A DNA stretch of 64,000 nucleotides from the human T2T-CHM13v2.0 reference genome, Homo sapiens, in the NCBI RefSeq assembly GCF_009914755.1, contig NC_060929.1; one strand, written 5' to 3'. The notes under the pieces are model-generated. The model had not been told where the DNA came from. It did no database searches and saw only the letters and a program-made list of their open reading frames with translations. Position numbers and translations under genes: made by a program. The stretch's first letter is position 1. Each line of letters starts with the position of its first letter. This document shows positions 15,791 through 29,372 of this stretch, in pieces.

Positions 15791-16429
15791 GGGAAAGATT
15801 CTCTAACAAGTGAGTTTAAAAGTCTACCACTGCCTAACAAAGAGGGATTTTGTGGTATATTTGCAAAGTAACTTCAAAACAAAATAGTTAAATAGGTTGA
15901 GGCAATGATTAAGTTTTCCTAAATCACAGTTTGACTTCTCGGAGGTCTATTTAAATAATGATAAAGATGATAAATGCAGTTTTTATTTTGCTGCAGTTAT
16001 TAGCTGATCCACGTTCCATCTACGTATTCAGTGTTGCAGGATGGAGACGTGACAGCGTAGAAAGCGAGCAAAAGCGTTACCGTGCACCAAAAATCTTGTC
16101 AAACTTGATACGATTTCAAGAAGACTGTCTTAAAGGACATTTTATAATTTCACATTTAGCCCTTGCATAGCATTTTATGAAAATTAACTTTTACCCTTTC
16201 CCCCTCGGCCCAAGGAAGTCGCATTCCCTCAAAGGGGCCCGGCTTCAACATATTACACTGCGTGGGAGGCTGGGCAGCAACCCCACGCTTCCTGTCAAGG
16301 ATTCCTGGGGCCAGAGCCTGAAAAGTGCTCTAGCCACTCTTCTCTATGCTAATTCTGTCCTTCCGACCCCTCTTGGCGGGTGTCTGAGGGCCAAGGTGAG
16401 ACTTTCCCCGGAGATGAAAGGCCTATTGC

Positions 16430-18300
16430 CTCTTCAGAGACCCGGGCGGAGTTGGGGCGGGGGTGCCGCGTGATAGGGTGGTAGCAGAAGTCGCAACGAC
16501 GCACAGGGCCCTAAGTTGGAGCTGGCGCAGGCCCTTCAGGGTTCTATCCCCGCCAGAGCCTGGCTTCGGCCTTCAGAAGCCAAACGAGTAATAGGTCCTT
16601 CTGGGGCGCTGTGGGCGGTGGGTGGAGGAAGTGTGGGCGGAGAGGCCACAGACATCCCCCTCCTCAGACGCGCCCCAAGGCCTGGCCCGCGGAATGTTGA
16701 CGCGCCAGGAGCCGATAGGGCGCGCTCACGCGCGAGAAGGGGGCGGAAAGAGCGCGCTCGGCGGCCGCCGCGGCGGCAGCTAAAACGGAGGGACGCGAGA
16801 GCGAAGGGCGCGAGCCACGGAGTTGGGAGGAGGGGTGGGGAACGCGGAGCGCGCGCTGACGTCGCCTGGAGTCACGCACGGAGCGCCGGGTTACGCGCCG
16901 ACGTCTGGCTGCCACGACTTGCCGTCTGCGGCGGCGGCGGCGGCGGCGAGCGGATCCCGCAGGGGAAGGAGGAGGAGGAGGGAGAGCCAAGGGGGCTGTG
17001 AGTGAGCGGGAGAAGCAGGGTGTGAGCCGGACTTGCCCATGGGAGGGAGAGCGAGCGAGAGCCGAGCCAGCCATCCGAGCCGCCTCCTCCTCCTCCCCTC
17101 GGCGTCCCGCCCCCGCCCGCCAGCCCGCCCTCCTTCCTCCTCAGCCCGCAGAGCCTAAGTGAGGCGCAGCTCGGCTAGCGCCGCTGTCCAGGACAGGTGT
17201 GCGCGCGCGCGCCCTCCTCCCCTCCCCCCTTCCTCGCGCCTGTCTCGCGCGCGCCCTCCCTCCCGCCAGCCTGCGCCCTCCCTCACCTGCGGCAGGACAG
17301 CGCCCGCCCGCCCGGGTAAGCCCCTCGCGACCTTCCCTGCTGCCACTGCCACAGCTCCAGGTGACGCTCGCCCCGTCCCCTTTACTTGCTCTCTCAGCCC
17401 AGGAATAATTATAGTACCATTGCAGACATCCCCGCACCCTCCCTCTTGGAGACCCAGGCGGTGCAGCAACGTTCTCTCCCACCCCCCGCAGCGAGAAACG
17501 AATGAACCCCCTCCTACTTTCAAAAGAGAACAAAATAACACGCCCCTTAAGAAAAGAGGCGATCCTACCTCCGCAGGCGCTGGAGACCACCAGTGATGCG
17601 TTTGCTTAGCAATCCCTGAGCCCCATTTCCCCTGGCCGCCTTCGCCCTGGGGCCTGGGACTGTGCGCTAGACGTGGCTGACACTCCCTGCACGGCAACCC
17701 TGGAAGGAGGGAGAGGAAGGAGAGTTCTATAACCCAGGCTTCACTGCCAACCCCTCCTCTGTTCGGTTCCCCCCACCCCACTACCACCAAATGCATACAC
17801 CCGCCCAGGATGCGTTGTAAAAACAAAACAAAACCAGGAAAAAAAAAAAAAAAACCTTTGGTGCTGACATCGCAGATGAAGCCGGGCCCAAAGATGGGTG
17901 GCCCGAACAAGGCATTTTTACTGCCCCACAGCGCTGGGTCAGCTCCACAGCTCCTCTGCCTTTGTCCGAGGGCAAAAGGAACGGATGTGAAGCTGAGGGG
18001 TCTTCTCTGTGAGCGGCGGTGGGCCCCGGAGGCGGGCTGTGATGTTTGTAGGGGAAGGCACCCAACCAATATATCTGCCATAAACCTGAACTTGGGTTGG
18101 AGAGCCCCCAGAGACTGGCTGGGGTAACTGGTTCGTAGCTGTCTACCCCGGAATAAATGCCACCTTCTTTTCCGCGGTGTCTGCGGGACCCTCTGTTGGG
18201 GGTTCTAATTCGTTTTGGCCTGGGCTCCTTACATTTCTGTCCGGCCAGGCGCTTTTGGACAGCTTTTCGCAGCGGTGTCTAAGCTTGTGTTCGGTGTCCT
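16430..18300. promoter_or_regulatory. CpG island: distal PURA promoter, bidirectional with the lncRNA
   Basis: Very high CpG and GC content; GC boxes (ggggcgg); CRE-like TGACGTCG 16857-16864; (GCG)7 16928-16948; + strand donors CT|GTGAGT 16997 and CGG|GTAAGC 17315. Confidence 0.9.
16928..16948 (+). repeat. (GCG)7 trinucleotide repeat
   Basis: Read directly. Confidence 0.95.
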
Positions 18301-20346
18301 TGGAAGGGAGGTCCCAGAGCTTTACAATAGGCTGGATTTGGTTTGACATCTTTTGGTGGACTGTCAAAGGGGAAAGGAAATTTTTGGATTACTTCAAGAT
18401 CCCCCACCGCCCCCGCCCAACTGACGTTTGCGAATTGCGGCTTTGGAAATTGGAGTGTTGACTAGAGTGTGGAGAGAGAGTTGCTGATTTCATTGCTTTG
18501 AGTACTAGTAAAACCATTTAAGTATCAGCCGGAAGGGAGACAGCTATTGACATTTACATCGGTTCTGTTTGGACCTTTGGGGTACATAAAATGTCGGGTT
18601 CTCTGAATTTTTTATCGAATTTAGAATGTCTGCTACATTTATTTAACTTCTGCAAATGCTTAAAATGAAAACATTTTGGAAATGCGAGGATTTTTATCAA
18701 GTGGATTGTTCTCTTCATATATTAAATGTTTACTTCATATCTTTAATCCGAAACATTAAAATAGCATTGAAGAGGCATGATTTTCAAGATTAAGTGAGCT
18801 ATGGAAAAGGAATACGCTTTTAAAGAACGATCTGGGAAATGCTGTTACTATTAGTCATTGTTGTTGTTAAATGTTAAGATTTATTTGAGAGTTTCTCAAT
18901 TTTTTTGGTAGACAGTCATGAGAAGAAATGGCTAATTCCTCCACTTTGAACATTTACAGTACAACATCCCAGTTAGTTTTAATGATTTGGGTATTGAAGA
19001 TAGTTGTCTGGTTTAAGACTGGTATTTAATCTAAGTATCACTTGAAAACACAAGCTCTAATGTTCTTTATTTTGGAAATTTGTGATTTTGTAAAATATTA
19101 ATCAACATATTGTTTCTATTAGGAACTCTATAATCAGAAGGGTTTACTACCCAGAGGTAGACAACCTCTTTCCAAGTCTATTTTATAAATGTGTGTTGAT
19201 TTTTACTTTATAAAACCAAAACTGAATTAGATTATTTCAGAATCACCTGTAGTCAGGCTGAAGAAAATTAAAGCTTTTTTCTTTTTTGTTCTGCCTAATG
19301 TGTATTTCTTTGCGCACAATTTTTTGTTGGTAAGAGTTTGTTAAATACATAGAGACAGTGGGATTAAAAATAAAGCAGTCTCTATTCTCTTTAAAATGTG
19401 TCTGTTGTATTAATAATAAAAGGGCTCAAGAAATCTAGAGACATTATGTCTTTGTAAGCATATTGTGAGGAGAAAGGAAATGTTTACTTTTTGATGTTTT
19501 TCATTAACATGGATTTTTGCTGCATATTAATTTGCTGTATATTTCGTTTTCCCTTTGTCTTTCCTACATTCTAATGAAATTATACATTTAGTTTTACAAC
19601 TATTTGTTTTACATTAACAAATTCAAACAGCTGGATACTAGAACAGACTTCATTCACCAAGTTAGTATATTGTTTAGATTATTAACAAATGGTTAGAAGT
19701 CTTAAAATCCACTTATTTTCTAATGACTTTTCAGTGTTACAATGCAAATATAACTGTGAAGTTTTATTTAAAGTTTAAACTTTTTGTTTTAAGACTTCTG
19801 GAAGTTTATATTCATTTCTCCCAGATTGCCTTTTAAGGCTACTGTACACTATAGCCCAAAGAAAGCTGCCTTTCACCTCCTTAGTCTGAGAAAAAGCCCA
19901 CACTTAAAGGCTTATTCTGAAATTAACTCTCGTTTCAGTAGTGAAAATATGCTAAAAATCCTATTTATCATTGAATTATTTTGGAAAGGCATTGTTAATC
20001 TTGTTTGCTTTTTAGATACACATATAAAGTAGAGAAGCTGGCAAATAAGGGCAAAAGTTTTATACATATATAATGAATAGCATAAAACAAGTACATATTT
20101 ATGTGGAGAGATCTAGGTCCCAGTAATTTGCTGATTTGACCTTAAAATTCCCAGTTTAAGTGTACAAATGAGATTCAACTTGTGTTCTGTCTGGAAACTT
20201 CATCAGTTGCCTCTGCGCTGGGTAACTAAGAAGTCAGTTCTTGGTGGCAGTCACTTTTTCAGAAAAACAGGGCACTTCCAAACTCAAATCATTCGGAATC
20301 CCTGTATATAGACGTCTAGGACGGAGGGCAAGAAAATTTAGACTGC

Positions 20347-20409
20347 AAGTCGGGATAGGAAGGCGGGAAGTTGGGATACGAAGGCGGGAAGTTGGGATAG
20401 GAAGGCGGG
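20347..20409. repeat. 21-bp tandem repeat x3 (AAGTYGGGATASGAAGGCGGG)
   Basis: Units at 20347-20367, 20368-20388 and 20389-20409. Confidence 0.95.
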
Positions 20410-21849
20410 GCAGTTTCGAGTCTTAGTCTTCTGTCCTGGGGGCAGCAATCAGCACGGAAGAAAGGCAGGGACTGGCAGGGGGGGTGGGTGGGGCCCTCAT
20501 CGTATTCTCATTGGCCTTGTTGCTGCCTTGAGTTTTCATTAGGGAGCAGGGGCTTGGTTTGACGCAAGGTAAACTCTTGAGGAAGAGCAGCAGCCCTTCT
20601 AGATCGGATTGTACCAGATCTTAGCCTCAGTTTACAAGTGAAACATAATGTCCCACTCCATTCTCTGTGGAGAGCCTGCTACTGAGCCTTTTTGTCCCTG
20701 GAGGCGCTGGGGTCTATCCAGAGTCCTGATTGCTACTGTTCGAGCCTGGAGGAGTTACTGCTTCTTCACACGTGTATTTCTGTGCAGTTCAAAGTGCTTC
20801 AAAAGTTCCTGTGTCCCCTTCTCAATAGACTTTGGGACAGGGGAAGGAGTGCAGAAAAAATCAACACGGAAAGAGTACTACAGGGTACTAGAGGTTGCCT
20901 CCCAAATAAGGGGAAGTTCTTTATGGGGCCCAAAGTCTGGGTTTTTATCTCTTGGTGTGGAGCCTTCCCTTCAGAGAGCCATTTCAGGGACCACTGGACA
21001 TAGGTGGGTGGTTCTGAGACGGGTGCACAGGACAGCGCCTGTTTGCTCCTTGGTGGCCAGGTGCTTCTTGTTTCTTTTCAGTAGGAAGTCGCAAACTTCA
21101 GCCCAGGGCTGAAGTAGCTAATGCTGAGTAGAATGGGGCTCTTTCTAAGAGAAAAAGGAAGCTGTGAATACCTAGCAGGCAAGTTTGTTCAGGAGGTGAA
21201 GAGATATGGTAAGGGGGGCTTTGAGGGTTCAGGAATCAGCAAGGCTTATTCCCTAGCCTGCTCTTGGTTTCTTGATCGTTAGTCCACTCTTTTCTAGGAA
21301 GCTGGGCAATCATATTCCCAGTTGTCCCTCGGGCTAAGAGTGAGGGAGGCAAGTCTCCTTACTTTTGGGGGAAGCGGGAGATGCTCAATGGGAATAGAAC
21401 CCACAAATGGAATAGGTATACTTTTCTCAGGATAGAGGCAACGATCTGTGCTTGAGAAAGCCAGGGGCAGAGCTGTGTGATCTGTGTCTCTCAGCTGCCT
21501 GTAGAAGGTGATGGGGGAGAGAGTGGGCGCATTGGCAGGGGGGGGTCCCCTGGAGATAGGCCTTAGCTTTCCCCACAGTGCCAGGGCTGCAGACTGCAGT
21601 GAGAGAGTACAAGCACTCAATACCTATCTGGAAATAAGCCCTAGGTTATACGTCAGGTCTAGTAAAAGAGAAATCAGGTATCTCTGAGCTCCTCTACTCC
21701 TGAGCCCCTAATACCAGAGAAGATCCTTTTTAGCTATCACCGTCCAAAGACTCACTGGTTAATTAATGGTCAGCAACTTAGCTGTCTGCATAAAAACCAG
21801 CGACCACTTAATATGTTACTTTTGGGAGTGGGATCTCTCCTTGACACAA

Positions 21850-22310
21850 GTTTCTGGGAAGAGTAAAAGGGGCAAGCGAACCTGCTTTAATGAATCCCGT
21901 AAGGAACTGCGTTTCCCAGGAAATTCCTGACATTTTTAGCTCATGAATTTCCGAAAGCCTGCTTGGTTTTCTCCTCCATTCTGGGTCCTTCCAGAAAGGA
22001 AGAAGAGTGGGCTAGGGTCTGAATGCTCACAGGGCCTGGTTCATCCGCAGAGCTGGCCAGCAACTCAGGCTGGGCTCAGCCCTGAGCAGGGTGCCCCCCT
22101 TCCCCAAATCTCAGAAGGAGGAGGGGGAGGCGGGCGGGCAGGCAGTCAGTCGTGGTCCCAAGGGGGACTGGCTGCAGGTTTTTGGGTGAGTGTGGAGTTT
22201 CTTTTTGATTGTTGCATGTGGGGAAGGGCAGAGTCGACGGGAACAGTCACTGCGGGCACCCTAGCCCTGGTGCGTCTACTGTCCTCTGCTCGGCTCCCCC
22301 CATCGGTGAG
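21850..22310 (+). promoter_or_regulatory. Intermediate PURA promoter / alternative 5' leader exon
   Basis: GAS motif TTCTGGGAA 21852-21860; TTCCCAGGAA with overlapping GGAAATTCC 21913-21927; donors TGG|GTGAGT 22185 and TCG|GTGAGT 22305. A PURA start ~1.2 kb upstream of the ATG is recalled from the literature. Confidence 0.6.
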
Positions 22311-22824
22311 TGCGCCCGCCCGCCCGACTGTGCGGGGCTGCGGTTGGGGGGAGGGGGGAGCGGGATCATCTGAGGCCAGAGCCACTGCCGTGTGTGCGGG
22401 GAGGGGGAGCGGCGGGAGAGAGAGGGGAGGGACAGGCTAGGTGTCTGCTGCTCCACGCCACTGCTGCCGGCGCCCCGACCTCATCCCCAGCAGCCCCCTC
22501 TGCAGCTAAGGGTTACCACCGCACCACCTCTCTTCTTTGCCTGCCTCAGCGGCCAAGGCTCTGCGGTAGGAGACAACCCAGCCGGGTGGCGGGTGGGCCT
22601 GTCTAGGTTTGGGTTTGGGTCTTGCTGAGGCCCGCATGAGAGGGGGTGGCCGTGACTCGGTGTCCCCTCTTTGCAGGGGGCTCTGCTGCGCCGCGCAGGC
22701 CCCTCCTCCTACATCCTCTTTGGGGGGTCACTGGAAAGCAGAGCTTAGGCCCACTCTCTGTGCTTAGTATGGCAGACTCCTTCTCACCCCTAGTCCCCTA
22801 ACTCCCCAGGCCGAGGCCGCCTAG

Positions 22825-24246
<1,422 letters not shown>

Positions 24247-24265
24247 TCAAACTGAATGAAACCCC

Positions 24266-24311
24266 CACACACACACACATGCATACACACACACACACAG
24301 CCACACACACA
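24266..24311. repeat. Interrupted (CA)n repeat just after the stop codon
   Basis: cacacacacacacacatgcatacacacacacacacagccacacacaca. Confidence 0.9.
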
Positions 24312-27300
24312 GAAAATATACTGTAAAGAAAGAGAGAAAATAAAAAGTTAAAAAGTTAAAAAAAAAAAAAAACCTGTTAACTCCAAGGGAGCACCACCCA
24401 CAGAACCTCCACCAACTGACAGTTTCTCTTCTTGACTTGCCACCCATCGCTGGATGTTGTCCACTTTATCCACCATATAAAACAGTAAGCAGCTGCTAAA
24501 AACAAAAAAAATACAAAAAGTAATAACATTATATGAACTGTGTTTCCTACTTGATTAAAAAATATAAAGAACTGAGTGTTTATTTCCCTAATTAACCAAG
24601 AACTTTTGTACACGTTTAAGCTATTATTATTAAAAAGTGTTTGCAAAATGGTCAAGATTATAATATTGCTGAATTATATAAAAGTCCTTTTCATGTTGAG
24701 CTAACATTTGACTTTAGCACAAAAAAGAGATATTTTAGAACACGTAAAATAATATTTTTAGTTTTTCTCATTTTGTTACCAAATTTCAAACCTTACATGG
24801 AGGTTATTATAGTATATTTGACACCCTATATACCTGTGATTAGAGATGTGTATATATATGAGGGCTAGGCATGCTGTGTGTCTGAGCTTTGTCTAAATGT
24901 TATGCAGAAGTTTGTAGAGTTAAAGGTACGTAGGTTTAATTCATGCAAGGTAAACAATAAGTGCTCTCTTTTATACAATATGCATTGCATCTGGACCTTA
25001 AACTTATAAAAATGGTCAGTGAAACTTCTGTGAACATGAAGAAATTATTAAAAAAGGCATTTAAATGAAATTTGCTAAGTTGTGATTTTTATGGTTGGAA
25101 CCAAAGTTATTCAAATAGTAAAAGGAAAAAGAAAGAAAAAGGAGATCTCCCATAATATTTTTCTGCATCTGTTTGCTTTGACTGAGTAGGCGTTTTGTCA
25201 TTATTGTGTATATGAGATGTACTTGTATCGTTCATAATATATTTTTTTTATTATGTGTAGAAAGATTTTAAAAAACTAACGTGCAGCAATTTCCAGTGAA
25301 CCTGTACTTGGACATCAGGTAGTGAGTCTATTTGTGGTCACTAGCACTGTCTCCTAAACTTGTAAGAGGTCTGAAGCTATTCTTTGATTTTTGCTAGTGC
25401 TATTAACTTATGTAGACCTGTTAAAAAGCAGAGCAACACAATTATAGTTATCCTACTGAGCCATGGATTCTGAGTTTTGTTTTAAAAGTGAAAGCCAAGT
25501 TGGTGTATGTAAAGGATTTCCATGTAGCTGTGGTGCTAGTTATTACTGGCTACATTATATGCTAAGTGTATTTGTGTTCCCCAAGTGTACAAGCCTTCTA
25601 TCAAAAGTATGTTCTATAACTCATATATTCAAGGTGTAGGGTATGAAAATGCAAAGTTTAGGAGAGCACTTTACCAAGCTGGTGTCTCCAAACTGAAATT
25701 GTTTGTAACGATAGTCTTTTACAGGTTTTCCTTTAAAGATGTTTGTGTGCTTTTAATTGACAACTAACTTCTTGCTGCTGTATAGTAAAATATTAATATA
25801 TTTTTATCATTAAACTGCTGCATGACTATCATCTTTGAGTGAAGAGAAAATGTTATAAAAAAGATGCCTTAAACAGTACATTTTGGTTTGGAATTCTGTA
25901 GAAAGTATTTTGGTAAAAAAAAAAAAAAAAAAAAAGGGTCTTGTCTGACAGAGAGTTCTGGGGATGGAATTGTTTCTTGGCAAATCCAGCCATATAGATC
26001 TAACTGCTGTATGTATAAGACACCACCTGTAGGAGCGGGAAGGTATCAGTGCTTCTTATATTGTAAAGCATTGGCCTAGGAAGGCAAACAGTTGTCTTTT
26101 TGAAGGATTTTTTTCTGCTGGTCCTTTGGGTTTTGATTTGATATTTTTATGCTCCCTGGTTGAGTGTGTTGTCTTCGTTTTTGAGATCTACTGTATGTGT
26201 TGAATAACAAGCTATTTTCATTGTACTGTGCATTTTCCCATTAAATTGTTTGCTTTTAATATTCAATGTTAAATATGAGGTGACCGTACAGTAGTTAGGA
26301 GTTTCTTTACTTACAAAATCACTGGAAATGATTAAATTGCTTTTCCCCCTCCCCAGAGGTGCATTTTTCTTATTTCCATATAGTAAAGTTGAGCTTTTAC
26401 AGTGCATAATGTGACATTTGGAATGCTTATCAACTGCATGTAAACATTAATAACCTGCACTTTTTTGTCTTAAGGTTTGTTGAGCTGTTTTGTTCACTGT
26501 ACTTTAACTGTGATATGGAAAAGACTGCATTCTCTGTGCTGTTACTAATTAGGAAAGAGAATTGCTTTGATTTTGTCTCTTGTTTACTATAGCTTCTTAA
26601 AGTTAAGCCTTGTACTACAGGTTGTTGGAGTACTCCTAGATCACTGTTTCATAGTAGCCAGCAATAAGTAGTGCAAGTCAACAAAAACACAGCAAACTTA
26701 GGCAAAGTGTCCTTTCTTTGAGATGCGAGTTCTTTCATGAGGTTTTCTTTAGGGCCAGAGTTACCTAAAGTGAAGCCTTTCTTATCTATAGACTTCAGAT
26801 TCTGCTTGGAATCCCACCGGCTCAAGAAGCACATGTATTGTGCAATTAATTGTCTTTACACTAAAACAGTTTAATACAATCTAACTACGATTTTGAAACC
26901 AGTGTCTGATTTATGGTCAGTGGGTTTAAAAAGAAATCCACATGCAGATCTTTTAAGACTTAAAAAGTGATCATAGAAAAGACTAAGTGACTGTAAAGAT
27001 GCTCTTTTTTTAAGCATCTCACTTTACCTCCCCAAGCACCCTCCCAAACCTTGTCTTCCCTCTTCTGTTGCATCCTTTCCCTACCCTTCCCTCCCAGGTG
27101 CTCGGTACTTTACCAAGTTTCTATATATCAGTGTTTTATGTTGGAATTTTTCCTTGTTTTTATTTTACTAGTTGGTAAACCCTGTTTATGCTGAAACAAA
27201 TAAGGAAATGGTATATTTGACCATATGTGTTATTCATAGAAGACAGTATGATCAAATGTGCCAAAAACAAGCAAACAAAACTTAATTCCTGAGAAGTATG

Positions 27301-29293
27301 CCTTATTTTTATTGATCTGCTTTGTCTTACAATTAAGGTCCAAGAGCTTGGTTAAACTGTATTATTTGCCTAAGTATAAAAGAAAACTTGAACTGCATTG
27401 CAATATTGACGTTCTTTAAAATGAGAGACACTGTCAAGTAATTTAATCCAGAGATCAGCCACCAGATTTGAAATGCTTATGTATGTGTGTGTGTTTGGAG
27501 TTGTTTTTTTCTTTTAAATCACCAAATTTTTTTTAAGCTACTTTTTATTTGTGCCTCCTATTTATCATGCTGATGTTAGAAGCAGCAGTCATCCAGCCAC
27601 AGAGGGAGCTAAAGTTAACTAACCAGAACTGTAGAAATCATTATACATGCCTTTGACAACAAAGGAAGTTCATAAGAAAAGCCATGTCGGCTTTTCCTCT
27701 ACTAGATACAGATTGGAGGTAGATGAATATTTGCCAAATGGAAAAAAAGACAATGCTAGTCAGAAAAGACAAACTGTTTTCCAGCTTCTCAAAAAGCCAT
27801 GGAGAGTAGAAACCAAAACCAACAGGGAAATAAAAAACCTTGAAAGTCTCACTTTCTAGTTGTCCCATGCAGGGGTTGAAATTTGATTCCAAGCGGAAAG
27901 TATATTATGTTTTTTCAGGCCTTCACATCTAGAGAGATGGATAACTTCCAATTTGATTTTTCAGGTAATAGAGAAAGCTGCTAGTAATTTTAACCCCTGC
28001 CTAAAGAAGACATATACTTCATTTGGGAGCAAATACTTATTGCCTTGAAAAGTAGCACTGTAATAGCCTATGATAATTAGTTGTAGAATAACCTTTATCC
28101 CTTTCAAACTATGCAAATTATTAAATAAGTGTAAATTAGGATTCAATTAAAGATAGTTGATTATATTGCAATCAGATGGCATTCACAAACTTAACTGGAG
28201 CATATACAAATATATTAGTCTAAGTTTTGTATGCTAACAGAAAGATATAATTTAGCTACCTATTCTAAAAATGGTGAATATTATTAATATTGTATAATAG
28301 GAGTGGGAAGACTGCCTCCTTTTTTGAAGAGAGAGATTAAGGATTTTTATAATTGTTTTTCATCAAATTTTAATATTTTTGTCAAATTTTTAGGTATTTA
28401 ATTTGTAAAACAGTTTGCTTTGTACTGGCATACAGAAAATAGGGTATTGATTTTAAACTTTTTGAAGCCAAGTGATCAAGTACATTTGTAATAAAAGTCA
28501 ATGGATCTATATCAGTTGTACTCACTGTTTTCATTTCTTATTAATATAGGGATGCTGTACTTTTTCTTAAGGAAAACTGAATTAAATTTGGGTGGAAGGG
28601 AGGGGGAAAAGATAAATCCGTTGATAATGAGAATCTGGGTGGGTATCATGGCCCAAGCACTTTATATCATTTTTTAAGTCAGTTAAGATTTGATATATTT
28701 TAAAAGATACTATGTCAACTTTTTTCTTCCTATTTTCTTATGTAACTTGACGTTTGGGGGGATTATCTCATTCATTTTTGTTTGTGTGCTTTTAACATTT
28801 TGTGTTTTGGCCCTGTTCAAACTTTCTAAACACATTTTTCTTTTATGACATTTTGGGTTATCTGCTAGACCTGGTGACCCCACCATATGGGCATGATTAT
28901 TTTTATCTTCCACACATGGTTCACCTTCTTGTCTACAATATTCCCACTCATTTTTTCAGGTTATATATACACACACATTTCCAGATAATTTTAGAATGGG
29001 GCTATCTGAAATTGATGGTCTAGTAGCTTTCATAGCTCCACAATTCATTTTATTTTACATGTGAACATAATTTTAAGATTTTCTTCACCATAAAAAGTGA
29101 GATACCAAGTCTAATGACTTTTTTCCCTTTTTAAAATCTTTTGAGTATCAGAATGAGACCTTGCTATCTATGTAAAAGGATGCTAAAACAAGGGCATCTG
29201 TAGCAACTTAGGTTTGGAATAGTTGGTGATGACTCTGAGTATAACATTTATAGTTTATTATCCCTAAATTTGAATATCTTCATAATTTGGAGA

Positions 29294-29372
29294 GAGATGT
29301 ATACACACACATACACATATATATGTATATATACATTGTGTGTGTGTATATGTATATAGATACACACATCTC
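29294..29372. repeat. Alternating purine-pyrimidine (CA/TA/TG) tract with an inverted repeat
   Basis: TATACACACACA 29300-29311 is the reverse complement of TGTGTGTGTATA 29339-29350. Confidence 0.85.

Larger units (their letters stand above)
12015..17110 (-). ncRNA. MALINC1: Divergent spliced lncRNA head-to-head with PURA (MALINC1/LINC01024); ends approximate
   Basis: Identity from recalled knowledge of the locus. Sequence support: minus-strand AATAAA at 12032-12037; acceptors before 13262, 14130 and 14858; donors CAG|GTAAGC after 13929 and CAG|GTAATT after 14683; CpG-island origin; no long ORF. Confidence 0.6.

Noticed and set aside
16516-18127. Several 100-308-aa ORFs in the distal CpG island as standalone genes
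   Set aside because: Arg/Gly/Pro/Ala low-complexity translations typical of stop-poor GC-rich DNA, overlapping in many frames.
20347-20409. CRISPR-like array
   Set aside because: Head-to-tail repeats with no spacers, in mammalian DNA.
24339-24372. AATAAA plus A-run as a major PURA 3' end
   Set aside because: A genomic A15 run follows, so apparent ends here could be oligo-dT internal priming; no clear GU-rich downstream element.
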